The notes under the pieces are model-generated. The model saw only the letters and a list, made by a program, of their open reading frames with translations, was not told the DNA's origin and did no database searches. A stretch of DNA of 7,951 nt from a virus (taxonomy: Duplodnaviria > Heunggongvirae > Uroviricota > Caudoviricetes), in the IMG/VR virus record IMGVR_UViG_2563366854_000004, one strand, 5' to 3'. Positions 1 to 7,397 of this stretch are shown in pieces. How positions within the stretch are numbered: the stretch's first letter is position 1; each line of letters starts with the position of its first letter. The position numbers and the translations under genes were made by a program.

Positions 1-588
1 GACGGTAAAAGTCTCACCCCGGATGATGTGCGTCCGATGCTTGAACAGATGGTGAAGGAGGCGGTAAGCCATATTCATGTTCCGCGTGATGGTCGTGACT
101 ACGATCCGGATGTTCTGCAGAAGGCGGTTCTGGATGCGGTGAGTGCCCTGCCGGCTCCGCAGGACGGGCGTGATGCCACGGCTCTGGAAATACTCCCCGC
201 CATTGACGATCAAAAATCCTTTCCCCGGGGCACGTATGCCACACACCAGGGCGGACTCTGGCGGGCGTATGAAAAAACGCACGGGATGCGGGGATGGGAA
301 TGCCTGGTTGACGGGGTGGCGGATATTGACGTCAGCATGACGGGTGAGCGGTTGTTCTCTGTGGTGGTCCGGCAGAGCAGTGGCCAGCGTACGGAAAAAA
401 CATTTTCCCTGCCGGTGATGCTCTACCGCGGTGTGTTCAGAGCCGGTGAAACCTACCACCCCGGCGATACGGTGACGTGGGGGGGCTCGCTGTGGCACTG
501 CAACAGTATGACCGAAGATAAACCCGGAGAAGCTCATTCATCAGCCTGGACCCTGGCTGCAAAACGTGGGCGGGATGCAGGAGGCTGA
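1..588 (+). CDS. Phage structural protein of unknown function, 5'-truncated at the window edge (reading frame open from base 1)
   Basis: Frame 1 is open from position 1 to the TGA at 586-588, so the listed 28-588 ORF is only the internal-Met part. The stop lies 2 nt before the next gene's ATG, just after its AGGAGG RBS. The C-terminus (ETYHPGDTVTWGGSLWHCNSMTEDKPGEAHSSAWTL) has the spaced aromatic/Gly pattern of small carbohydrate-binding (CBM5/12-like) modules; that is pattern recognition only. Position upstream of a gp6-like connector gene suggests a head-associated protein. Confidence 0.5.
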   Translation, partial: DGKSLTPDDVRPMLEQMVKEAVSHIHVPRDGRDYDPDVLQKAVLDAVSALPAPQDGRDATALEILPAIDDQKSFPRGTYATHQGGLWRAYEKTHGMRGWECLVDGVADIDVSMTGERLFSVVVRQSSGQRTEKTFSLPVMLYRGVFRAGETYHPGDTVTWGGSLWHCNSMTEDKPGEAHSSAWTLAAKRGRDAGG

Positions 589-590
589 AA

Positions 591-917
591 ATGACGGCAT
601 TACTGACACTGGAAGAGATCAAGGCACATCTGCGTGTCGACCATGACGCGGATGATGACATGCTGATGGACAAGGTTCGTCAGGCTACCGCCGTGCTGCT
701 GGCCTACATTCAGGGCAGCCGGGATAAAGTGATCCGTGAGGACGGTGAACTGATCCCGGGCGAGGCATTAACCCGGATGAAGGGGGCTGCCATGCGACTG
801 ACCGGGATGCTGTACCGGAATCCGGATCTTGCGGAGCGGGAAGAACTGCTTCAGGGGGAGCTGCCGTTTTCTGTTTCCGTGCTGATTTACGATTTGCGTT
901 GTCCGACGGTGTTATGA
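591..917 (+). CDS. Phage head-tail connector protein (HK97 gp6-like)
   Basis: 108 aa. N-terminus MTALLTLEEIKAHLRVDHDADDDMLMDKV matches the hallmark start of the gp6-like head-tail connector family. Strong RBS AGGAGG at 579-584, 6 nt before ATG 591. Confidence 0.75.
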   Translation: MTALLTLEEIKAHLRVDHDADDDMLMDKVRQATAVLLAYIQGSRDKVIREDGELIPGEALTRMKGAAMRLTGMLYRNPDLAEREELLQGELPFSVSVLIYDLRCPTVL

Positions 918-926
918 GGAGGGGGA

Positions 927-1277
927 ATGGCAATATCTGCAGGTCGTCTGACACAGATGATAAGTGTTCTGAACCCGGTGTTAACCCGTAACGCTGCCGG
1001 AGAAATGACGGAAGAATGGGTGTCATGCGGGAAAATTCATGCGGATATCCGAGGCAGGAGCAGCCGGGAGCGGATGCAGTCCGGTGCGGAAATGGCGCAG
1101 GCGGAAATCCGCATCTGGGTGCGCGGTCAGTCCGGTCGGGAAATCACGGCAGCGTCACGACTTCATGTGCTGAGTGGTCCATGGCGTGACCGGATCCTGA
1201 ACGTTGTCGGGCTGCCCGTGCCGGATGCGACCGGCGGGCGTCTGGAAATTCTCTGTCGGCTGGGAGGGGAAAAATGA
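927..1277 (+). CDS. Phage head closure / head-tail adaptor protein
   Basis: 116 aa, directly after the connector gene, with purine-rich RBS GAGGAGGGGG at 916-925. Size and position fit the head-tail joining family. Its stop overlaps the next start (ATGA at 1274-1277). Confidence 0.65.
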   Translation: MAISAGRLTQMISVLNPVLTRNAAGEMTEEWVSCGKIHADIRGRSSRERMQSGAEMAQAEIRIWVRGQSGREITAASRLHVLSGPWRDRILNVVGLPVPDATGGRLEILCRLGGEK

Positions 1278-1720
1278 TCGAAACCCTGCTGGATTTTTCG
1301 GGGCTGGAGGACATCAGCCGCGATTTGCAGCTTCTGAGTGGTGCGGAAAATAACCGGGTGCTGCGTGAGGCAACCCGTGCGGGTGCGAATGTGCTGAAAG
1401 AAGAAGTGGTGTCACGGGCACCGGTACGCAGGGGAAAACTGCGCCGCAATGTGGTGGTCCTTTCCCGGCGCTCCCGCGATGGCGGGATGGAATCCGGTGT
1501 CCATATCCGTGGTGTTAATCCGGACACCGGTAACAGCGATAACACCATGAAGGCGGATAACCCGCGCAATGCTTTCTACTGGCGGTTTGTGGAAATGGGG
1601 ACCGTGAATATGCCACCGCACCCGTTTGTGCGCCCGGCGTTTGATGTGCGCAGTGAACAGGCAGCTCAGGTGGCGATTGCGCGGATGAACCGGGCCATTG
1701 ATGAGGTACTGAGACGATGA
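1274..1720 (+). CDS. HK97 gp10-family phage protein (tail-proximal neck component)
   Basis: 148 aa. ATGA start/stop overlaps at both ends (1274-1277 and 1717-1720) indicate translational coupling. Size and order match the gp10-type gene following the adaptor in HK97-like morphogenesis modules. Confidence 0.6.
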   Translation: MIETLLDFSGLEDISRDLQLLSGAENNRVLREATRAGANVLKEEVVSRAPVRRGKLRRNVVVLSRRSRDGGMESGVHIRGVNPDTGNSDNTMKADNPRNAFYWRFVEMGTVNMPPHPFVRPAFDVRSEQAAQVAIARMNRAIDEVLRR

Positions 1721-2088
1721 CGGAGGCGGATTTGTATCCTCATCTGGCGCATCTTGCCGGCGGGCAGGTGTACCCGTATGTGGTCCCCCTGCTGGATGGC
1801 AGGCCGTCGGTGGCGCTTCCGTGGGTGGTTTTCAGCCTGATTTCATCGGTGTCTGCGGACGTGATGGGCGGGCAGGCGGAGTCCTCAGTGTCGGTGCAGA
1901 TAGACGTTTATGCCGGGACTGTGACGCAGGCGCGTCAGATACGTCAGGACGCCCGTGAAGCCATAATGCTGCTGGCCCCGGGATCCGTCAGTGAAATGCA
2001 GGACTATATTCCGGAAAACCGCTGTTACCGGAAAAAGAAGCCATCGTGGATAACGGTGCCCGCTTTGAGCCGCAGTCAGGTTCCCTGA
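1717..2088 (+). CDS. Tail completion / neck protein (DUF3168-like); C-terminus possibly altered by the adjacent deletion junction
   Basis: 123 aa with ATGA coupling to the upstream gene. Motifs [19 protein letters not shown] and SVQIDVYA resemble the gp11-type family. Its last ~14 codons overlap the start of the J-like ORF in another frame. Confidence 0.5.
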   Translation: MTEADLYPHLAHLAGGQVYPYVVPLLDGRPSVALPWVVFSLISSVSADVMGGQAESSVSVQIDVYAGTVTQARQIRQDAREAIMLLAPGSVSEMQDYIPENRCYRKKKPSWITVPALSRSQVP

Positions 2089-3725
2089 ACAGCGTCATCC
2101 CACCGGCAGTACAGCACCTGACGGTGGAGGTGAGTGCAGCTGACGGCCAGTATCTGGCGCAGGCTAAATGGGACACGCCGCGGGTGGTGAAGGGCGTGCG
2201 CTTCAGTCTGCGCCTGACCAGTGGTAAGGGAACGGATGCCAGACTGGTGACCACCGCCATCACCGCAGACACGGAGCACCGTTTCAGCGGCCTGCCGCTC
2301 GGGGAATACACCCTGACGGTGCGGGCGATAAACAGCTATGGCCAGCAGGGTGAACCTGCCACCACCACCTTCCGGATTGCCGCACCGGCAGCACCGTCGC
2401 GGATTGAGCTGACGCCGGGCTATTTTCAGATAACCGCCACGCCGCATCTTGCTGTTTATGACCCGACGGTACAGTTTGAGTTCTGGTTCTCAGAAAAGCG
2501 GATTACCGATATCAGGCAGGTTGAAACCACAGCCCGCTATCTTGGTACGGCGCTGTACTGGATAGCCGCCAGTATCAATATCAAACCGGGCCATGATTAT
2601 TATTTTTACGTTCGCAGTGTGAACACCGTTGGCAAATCGGCATTCGTGGAGGCTGTCGGTCGGGCGAGCGATGATGCGGAAGGTTACCTGGATTTTTTCA
2701 AAGGAGAAATCGGGAAAACACATCTGGCCCAGGAGTTGTGGACGCAGATTGATAACGGTCAGCTTGCGCCGGACCTGGCTGAAATCAGGACGTCCATTAC
2801 GAATGTCAGCAATGAAATCACGCAGACCGTCAATAAAAAACTGGAAGACCAGAGTGCGGCAATCCAGCAGATACAGAAAGTTCAGGTTGATACAAATAAT
2901 AACCTGAACAGCATGTGGGCCGTGAAACTGCAGCAGATGAAGGACGGACGCCTTTATATTGCGGGTATCGGAGTCGGTATTGAGAATACGCCAGCAGGTA
3001 TGCAGAGTCAGGTGCTTCTGGCTGCTGACCGGATTGCGATGATTAATCCTGCGAATGGCAACACAAAGCCGATGTTTGTTGGTCAGGGCGATCAGATATT
3101 CATGAACGACGTGTTCCTGAAACGCCTGACGGCTCCGACCATTACCAGCGGCGGTAATCCTCCGGCATTTTCCCTGACACCGGACGGGCGGCTGACGGCG
3201 AAAAATGCCGATATCAGCGGTAACGTGAATGCGAACTCCGGGACGCTCAACAACGTCACGATTAACGAGAACTGTCGGGTTCTGGGAAAATTGTCCGCGA
3301 ACCAGATTGAAGGCGATCTCGTTAAAACAGTGGGCAAAGCTTTCCCCCGGGACTCCCGTGCACCGGAGCGGTGGCCATCAGGAACCATTACCGTCAGGGT
3401 TTATGACGATCAGCCGTTTGACCGGCAGATTGTTATTCCGGCGGTGGCATTCAGCGGCGCTAAACATGAGAAAGAGCATACTGATATTTACTCCTCATGC
3501 CGTCTGATAGTGCGGAAAAACGGTGCTGAAATTTATAACCGTACCGCGCTGGATAATACGCTGATTTACAGTGGTGTTATTGATATGCCTGCCGGTCACG
3601 GTCACATGACACTGGAGTTTTCGGTGTCAGCATGGCTGGTAAATAACTGGTATCCCACAGCAAGTATCAGCGATTTGCTGGTTGTGGTGATGAAGAAAGC
3701 CACTGCAGGCATCACGATTAGCTGA
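2046..3725 (+). CDS. J: Tail tip host-specificity protein J, C-terminal ~559-aa portion (likely a truncated remnant of a >1100-aa gene)
   Basis: Largest ORF in the window. Contains fibronectin-III-like segments (e.g. [23 protein letters not shown]) typical of the central part of lambda J. It lies immediately upstream of lom, as J does in lambda. The start is a GTG at 2046; this frame is open back only to a stop at 1992-1994, so no N-terminal half is present. Confidence 0.7.
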   Translation: MDNGARFEPQSGSLNSVIPPAVQHLTVEVSAADGQYLAQAKWDTPRVVKGVRFSLRLTSGKGTDARLVTTAITADTEHRFSGLPLGEYTLTVRAINSYGQQGEPATTTFRIAAPAAPSRIELTPGYFQITATPHLAVYDPTVQFEFWFSEKRITDIRQVETTARYLGTALYWIAASINIKPGHDYYFYVRSVNTVGKSAFVEAVGRASDDAEGYLDFFKGEIGKTHLAQELWTQIDNGQLAPDLAEIRTSITNVSNEITQTVNKKLEDQSAAIQQIQKVQVDTNNNLNSMWAVKLQQMKDGRLYIAGIGVGIENTPAGMQSQVLLAADRIAMINPANGNTKPMFVGQGDQIFMNDVFLKRLTAPTITSGGNPPAFSLTPDGRLTAKNADISGNVNANSGTLNNVTINENCRVLGKLSANQIEGDLVKTVGKAFPRDSRAPERWPSGTITVRVYDDQPFDRQIVIPAVAFSGAKHEKEHTDIYSSCRLIVRKNGAEIYNRTALDNTLIYSGVIDMPAGHGHMTLEFSVSAWLVNNWYPTASISDLLVVVMKKATAGITIS

Positions 3726-3743
3726 ATTTTATAACCCAGATAC

Positions 3744-3771
3744 GGGCGCCAGAAATGGCGCCTTTTTTATT
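3744..3771 (+). terminator. Rho-independent terminator after J (tJ-like)
   Basis: Perfect GC hairpin GGCGCC (3745-3750), loop AGAAAT, GGCGCC (3757-3762), followed directly by TTTTTTATT (3763-3771). Confidence 0.6.
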
Positions 3772-3792
3772 GCAGAAAAGCGAGAGGTAATT

Positions 3793-4392
3793 ATGCGTAA
3801 ATTATGTGCTGTTATTTTGTCCGCAGTAGTCTGGCAGGTCGCCGCTGCTACGCCAGCGAGTGCAGCAGAACATCAGTCCACGCTGAGCGCGGGGTATCTC
3901 CATGCCTCGACGAACGTTCCCGGTAGTGATGATCTGAACGGGATTAACGTGAAATACCGTTATGAGTTTACGGACGCGCTGGGGCTGATTACGTCCTTCA
4001 GTTATGCCAATGCTGAGGATGAGCAAAAAACGCGCTACAGCGATACCCGCTGGCATGAAGATTCCGTGCGTAACCGCTGGTTCAGCGTGATGGCGGGGCC
4101 GTCTGTGCGCGTGAATGAATGGTTCAGCGCGTATGCGATGGCGGGTGTGGCTTACAGCCGTGTGTCGACTTTCTCCGGGGATTATCTCCGCGTAACTGAC
4201 AACAAGGGGAAAACGCACGATGTGCTGACCGGAAGTGATGACGGTCGCCACAGCAACACGTCTCTGGCGTGGGGGGCTGGCGTGCAGTTTAACCCGACCG
4301 AATCCGTGACCATTGACCTTGCTTATGAAGGTTCCGGTAGTGGCGACTGGCGAACGGATGCATTTATTGTTGGTATCGGATACCGTTTCTGA
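3793..4392 (+). CDS. lom: Lom outer-membrane beta-barrel protein (Ail/Lom/OmpX/PagC family)
   Basis: 199 aa. N-terminal signal peptide MRKLCAVILSAVVWQVAAATPASA, alternating amphipathic strands, conserved GINVKYRYE and YEGSGSGDWRTD motifs, and C-terminal GIGYRF ending in aromatic Phe as in OMP barrels. RBS GAGAGG at 3783-3788. Sits between J and stf as in lambda. Confidence 0.85.
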   Translation: MRKLCAVILSAVVWQVAAATPASAAEHQSTLSAGYLHASTNVPGSDDLNGINVKYRYEFTDALGLITSFSYANAEDEQKTRYSDTRWHEDSVRNRWFSVMAGPSVRVNEWFSAYAMAGVAYSRVSTFSGDYLRVTDNKGKTHDVLTGSDDGRHSNTSLAWGAGVQFNPTESVTIDLAYEGSGSGDWRTDAFIVGIGYRF

Positions 4393-4497
4393 CAACAGAC
4401 GCCGATTTATCTTCTGTAAATATTGTTATGATACGCAGGTTCATCCACCTTATGGGGTGAACTGCGTTTGAGGAAACGTAAAGTTACACTGTCCTGA

Positions 4498-4531
4498 AGC
4501 CCGTGGCGTCACTGCTGCGGGCTTTTTTTAT
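4498..4531 (+). terminator. Rho-independent terminator after lom
   Basis: Stem AGCCCG (4498-4503) pairs with CGGGCT (4518-4523), extendable with G-U pairs to about 10 bp, followed by a run of seven T then ATT. Confidence 0.5.
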
Positions 4532-4543
4532 TGGTGGAAAAGT

Positions 4544-6034
4544 ATGACAGTAAAAATTTCTGGCGTGCTTAAAGATGGCACAGGAAAACCAGTACAGAAC
4601 TGCACCATTGTGCTGAAGGCCAGACGAACCAGCAGCACGGTGGTGGTGAACACGGTGGCCTCTGAAAATCCGGATGAAGCCGGACGTTACAGCATGGATG
4701 TTGAGCATGGTCAGTACAGCGTCACCCTGCTGGTTGAAGGTTTTCCGCCTTCACATGCCGGGACCATTACCGTCTATGAAGGTTCCAGACCAGGTACGCT
4801 GAATGATTTTCTCGGTGCCATACCTTCTGCCCGTAAGGTGAATGGTAAGGCGCTTTCAGCGGATATAACACTGACGCCGAAAGATATTGGTACGCTTAAC
4901 TCAACAACAATGTCATTCAGCGGTGGTGCTGGTTGGTTCAAATTAGCAACGGTAACCATGCCACAGGCGAGTTCTGTTGTTTCAATTACGTTGATTGGTG
5001 GTGCGGGATTTAACGTGGGGTCACCTCAACAGGCAGGTATATCTGAACTTGTTTTGCGTGCAGGTAATGGTAATCCGAAGGGGATTACTGGTGCTTTATG
5101 GCAGCGCACATCGACAGGGTTTACAAATTTTGCCTGGGTCAATACATCTGGTGATACTTACGATATTTACGTTGCAATCGGAAATTATGCGACTGGTGTA
5201 AATATTCAATGGGATTATACCAGTAATGCCAGCGTGACGATTCATACGTCACCAGCATATTCTGCTAATAAGCCGGAAGGGTTAACGGACGGTACAGTTT
5301 ATTCACTCTATACGCCATCAGAGCAGTTTTATCCGCCTGGCGCACCAATCCCGTGGCCATCAGATACCGTTCCGTCTGGCTATGCCCTGATGCAGGGGCA
5401 GACTTTTGACAAATCTGCATACCCGAAACTTGCAGCCGCTTATCCGTCAGGCGTGATCCCTGATATGCGTGGCTGGACGATTAAGGGCAAACCCGCCAGT
5501 GGTCGTGCCGTATTGTCTCAGGAACAGGACGGCATTAAATCGCACACCCACAGCGCCAGCGCATCCAGTACGGATTTGGGGACGAAAAACACATCGTCGT
5601 TTGATTACGGAACCAAATCCACGAATAACACCGGGGCGCATACGCACAGTCTGAGTGGCTCTACGGGGTCTGCCGGTGATCATACTCATGGTAATGGTAT
5701 TCGTTGGCCAGGAGGCGGCGGTTCTGCGTTAGCATTTTATGATGGCGGTGGGTTCACTTATGTCCAGGATTCACAGTATCAAGTAAGCCCGGGGACTTCT
5801 TCCCGTAGATCGTATTATCAACGTATTCAGACACAGTCAGCAGGTGCTCATACCCACTCGCTGTCTGGTACTGCAGCAAGTTCTGGCGCACATGCACATA
5901 CTGTAGGTATTGGTGCGCATACGCACTCCGTTGCGATTGGTTCACATGGACACACCATCACCGTTAACGCTGCTGGTAACGCGGAAAACACCGTCAAAAA
6001 CATCGCATTTAACTATATTGTGAGGCTTGCATAA
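4544..6034 (+). CDS. stf: Side tail fibre protein (lambda Stf-like N-terminal anchor, tail-collar-like middle, His-x-His repeat distal region)
   Basis: 496 aa. N-terminus [22 protein letters not shown] closely resembles the conserved lambda Stf anchor. The middle has a tail-collar-like motif ([39 protein letters not shown]). The distal part has repeated GAHTHS / HxH units. C-terminus [11 protein letters not shown] is typical of fibres that need a Tfa chaperone. Stop overlaps the tfa start (TAATG at 6032-6036). Confidence 0.85.
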   Translation: MTVKISGVLKDGTGKPVQNCTIVLKARRTSSTVVVNTVASENPDEAGRYSMDVEHGQYSVTLLVEGFPPSHAGTITVYEGSRPGTLNDFLGAIPSARKVNGKALSADITLTPKDIGTLNSTTMSFSGGAGWFKLATVTMPQASSVVSITLIGGAGFNVGSPQQAGISELVLRAGNGNPKGITGALWQRTSTGFTNFAWVNTSGDTYDIYVAIGNYATGVNIQWDYTSNASVTIHTSPAYSANKPEGLTDGTVYSLYTPSEQFYPPGAPIPWPSDTVPSGYALMQGQTFDKSAYPKLAAAYPSGVIPDMRGWTIKGKPASGRAVLSQEQDGIKSHTHSASASSTDLGTKNTSSFDYGTKSTNNTGAHTHSLSGSTGSAGDHTHGNGIRWPGGGGSALAFYDGGGFTYVQDSQYQVSPGTSSRRSYYQRIQTQSAGAHTHSLSGTAASSGAHAHTVGIGAHTHSVAIGSHGHTITVNAAGNAENTVKNIAFNYIVRLA

Positions 6035-6618
6035 TGGCATTCAGAATGAGTGAACAAGCACGGACCATAAAAATTTATAATCTGCTGGCCGGAACTAATG
6101 AATTTATTGGTGAAGGTGACGCATATATTCCGCCTCATACAGGTCTGCCAGCAAACAGTACCGATATTGCACCACCAGATATTCCTGCTGGCTTTGTGGC
6201 TGTTTTCAACAGTGATGAGGCATCGTGGCATCTCGTTGAAGACCATCGGGGTAAAACGGTTTATGACGTAGCGTCAGGGGACGAGTTATTTATTTCTGAA
6301 CTCGGTCCGTTACCGGAAAATGTTACCTGGTTATCGCCGGAAGGGGAGTTTCAGAAGTGGAACGGCACAGCCTGGGTGAAGGATACGGAAGCAGAAAAAA
6401 TGTTCCGGATCCGGGAGGCGGAAGAAACAAAAAACAACCTGATGCAGGTAGCCAGTGAGCATATTGCGCCGCTTCAGGATGCTGCAGATCTGGAAATTGC
6501 AACGGAGGAAGAAACCTCATTGCTGGAAGCCTGGAAAAAGTATCGGGTGTTGCTGAACCGTGTTGATACATCAACTGCACCTGATATTGAGTGGCCTACG
6601 AACCCTGTCAGGGAGTAA
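6034..6618 (+). CDS. tfa: Tail fibre assembly protein (Tfa chaperone)
   Basis: 194 aa, immediately after and overlapping stf. Sequence ([24 protein letters not shown] ... [25 protein letters not shown]) matches the lambda Tfa family in size and termini. Confidence 0.85.
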   Translation: MAFRMSEQARTIKIYNLLAGTNEFIGEGDAYIPPHTGLPANSTDIAPPDIPAGFVAVFNSDEASWHLVEDHRGKTVYDVASGDELFISELGPLPENVTWLSPEGEFQKWNGTAWVKDTEAEKMFRIREAEETKNNLMQVASEHIAPLQDAADLEIATEEETSLLEAWKKYRVLLNRVDTSTAPDIEWPTNPVRE

Positions 6619-6667
6619 TCATTGGGATTATGCCGCAGCACGTCTTAAGCAAGAACGTGCTGCGGTT
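6454..6667. repeat. Direct repeat copy 1: tfa 3' end plus terminal hairpin
   Basis: Aligns by eye with 7502-7716 at roughly 85-90 percent identity (e.g. TTGCGCC ... GATCTGGAAAT ... GCAACGGAGGAAGAAA ... TATCGGGT ... CGTGTTGATACATCAACTGCACC ... CCTGTCAGGGAGTAATCATTGGGATTATGCCGCAG). Homology ends right after the hairpin. Confidence 0.8.
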
Positions 6668-6683
6668 GGATGCTATTTTTTCC
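6633..6683 (+). terminator. Hairpin with downstream T-run after tfa; possible terminator and module boundary
   Basis: 10-bp perfect inverted repeat CCGCAGCACG (6633-6642) / CGTGCTGCGG (6656-6665) with a 13-nt loop, then TTGGATGCTATTTTTT. The T-run is not directly adjacent to the stem, so the terminator call is tentative. An imperfect copy of the hairpin recurs at 7681-7714. Confidence 0.4.
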
Positions 6684-7341
6684 CTGAAGCGGAAAACATT
6701 ACTACAGTACCTTGAACCTTGGTTTTAACATTCTCGAAATGCTCTGAGAGTATATGTGTTAAGCCTTCTTCGGAATCTTTTGTGTTTGAAAAGATGCCTT
6801 TCTGATTGTAAATGCGCATCAGTTTTTGACCGAAGCTATTGTGCACAACTCCATCGCCAAGAATTGTGGCTCCGTATAGAGTTCCATCGTCAGTTAAGGC
6901 CTGCGCCGCATTGCGTATTACACAGCTTTTTGTAGATATATTTCCAGGCAGGCAGTGAAGAAGGTAAAACATGGAAATGGAATCAAATTGACCATGTAAC
7001 GCCGCGGGATAAGGTTCAAAAACATCATGGCTAATTTTATGTTTAATTTTTGATTCCCCAGCCCTTGTAGATGCCGCGTTCAGGCTAGCTTCGTTCAAAT
7101 CCATTAAAGATATCAGACTACTCTCAGGTACGTGAGTAAGGTAAAACCCAGTTCCAACACCAATATCCAGATGGTTGTTACCTACATGTTCCAGAAAGTG
7201 TGGAAGAAGGTGTTCCTTTGTAGGACATCCCCATGCAAGCCGATTTGATACTCCCAAAACCCACCAGTCATAAAGCTTTAGGGTAAGTGGTGTGTAAATT
7301 TTAGCCCCATCATCTGTGTTTTTTTTCATTGATTTCACCAT
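6673..7341 (-). CDS. Class I SAM-dependent methyltransferase (small-molecule/RNA type, not an obvious DNA methyltransferase); cargo gene of unknown function
   Basis: 222 aa on the opposite strand to all phage late genes. Motif I LDIGVGTGFY (glycine-rich SAM loop), acidic end of the next strand (ISLMDLN) and motif-II-like ISMFYLLHC. No DPPY/NPPY motif. Region is visibly AT-rich against GC-rich flanks. From memory it resembles uncharacterised methyltransferases annotated in E. coli cryptic prophages (ybcY / ymfD type); not verified. The true start may be the second ATG (7327-7329), which has a GGTGA Shine-Dalgarno 5 nt upstream. Confidence 0.8.
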   Translation of the reverse strand: MVKSMKKNTDDGAKIYTPLTLKLYDWWVLGVSNRLAWGCPTKEHLLPHFLEHVGNNHLDIGVGTGFYLTHVPESSLISLMDLNEASLNAASTRAGESKIKHKISHDVFEPYPAALHGQFDSISMFYLLHCLPGNISTKSCVIRNAAQALTDDGTLYGATILGDGVVHNSFGQKLMRIYNQKGIFSNTKDSEEGLTHILSEHFENVKTKVQGTVVMFSASGKK

Positions 7342-7370
7342 GTTATAGTTTTATTTGTGAATTAAATCAA
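7342..7370 (-). promoter_or_regulatory. Candidate sigma70 promoter for the methyltransferase gene
   Basis: Read on the minus strand: TTGATT (-35; + strand 7365-7370), 17-nt spacer, TATAAC (-10; + strand 7342-7347). The predicted transcript start falls near the first ATG, favouring the second ATG as the initiator. Confidence 0.4.
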
Positions 7371-7397
7371 TTATGGCGATGAATTACAAGGGGTTAA

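Noticed and set aside
1144-1569. Minus-strand ORFs overlapping the head-tail genes (e.g. 1144-1569, 1412-1621, 685-1026, 437-673, 14-244)
   Set aside because: They lie opposite a tightly coupled + strand operon with strong RBSs and ATGA overlaps, and their Arg/Ser/Pro-rich composition is typical of antisense frames in GC-rich DNA.
2076-2447. Minus-strand and alternative-frame ORFs inside the J fragment, stf and tfa (e.g. 2076-2447, 1988-2311, 2629-2907, 3092-3388, 3229-3507, 4995-5201, 5447-5689, 6013-6246, 6323-6580)
   Set aside because: All are nested within longer ORFs that have recognisable phage protein features; none has a convincing RBS or known fold signature.
3802-4395. 197-aa ORF on the minus strand, fully antisense to lom
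   Set aside because: lom on the + strand has a signal peptide, RBS, conserved family motifs and an OMP-type C-terminal Phe. The antisense ORF is Arg/His/Pro-rich with no start context, typical of spurious open frames opposite a real gene.
4410-4430. Extended -10-like element TGTTATGAT in the lom-stf spacer as a possible stf promoter
   Set aside because: No convincing -35 element, and it lies upstream of the lom terminator hairpin, so any transcript would meet that terminator before stf. Kept as unproven.
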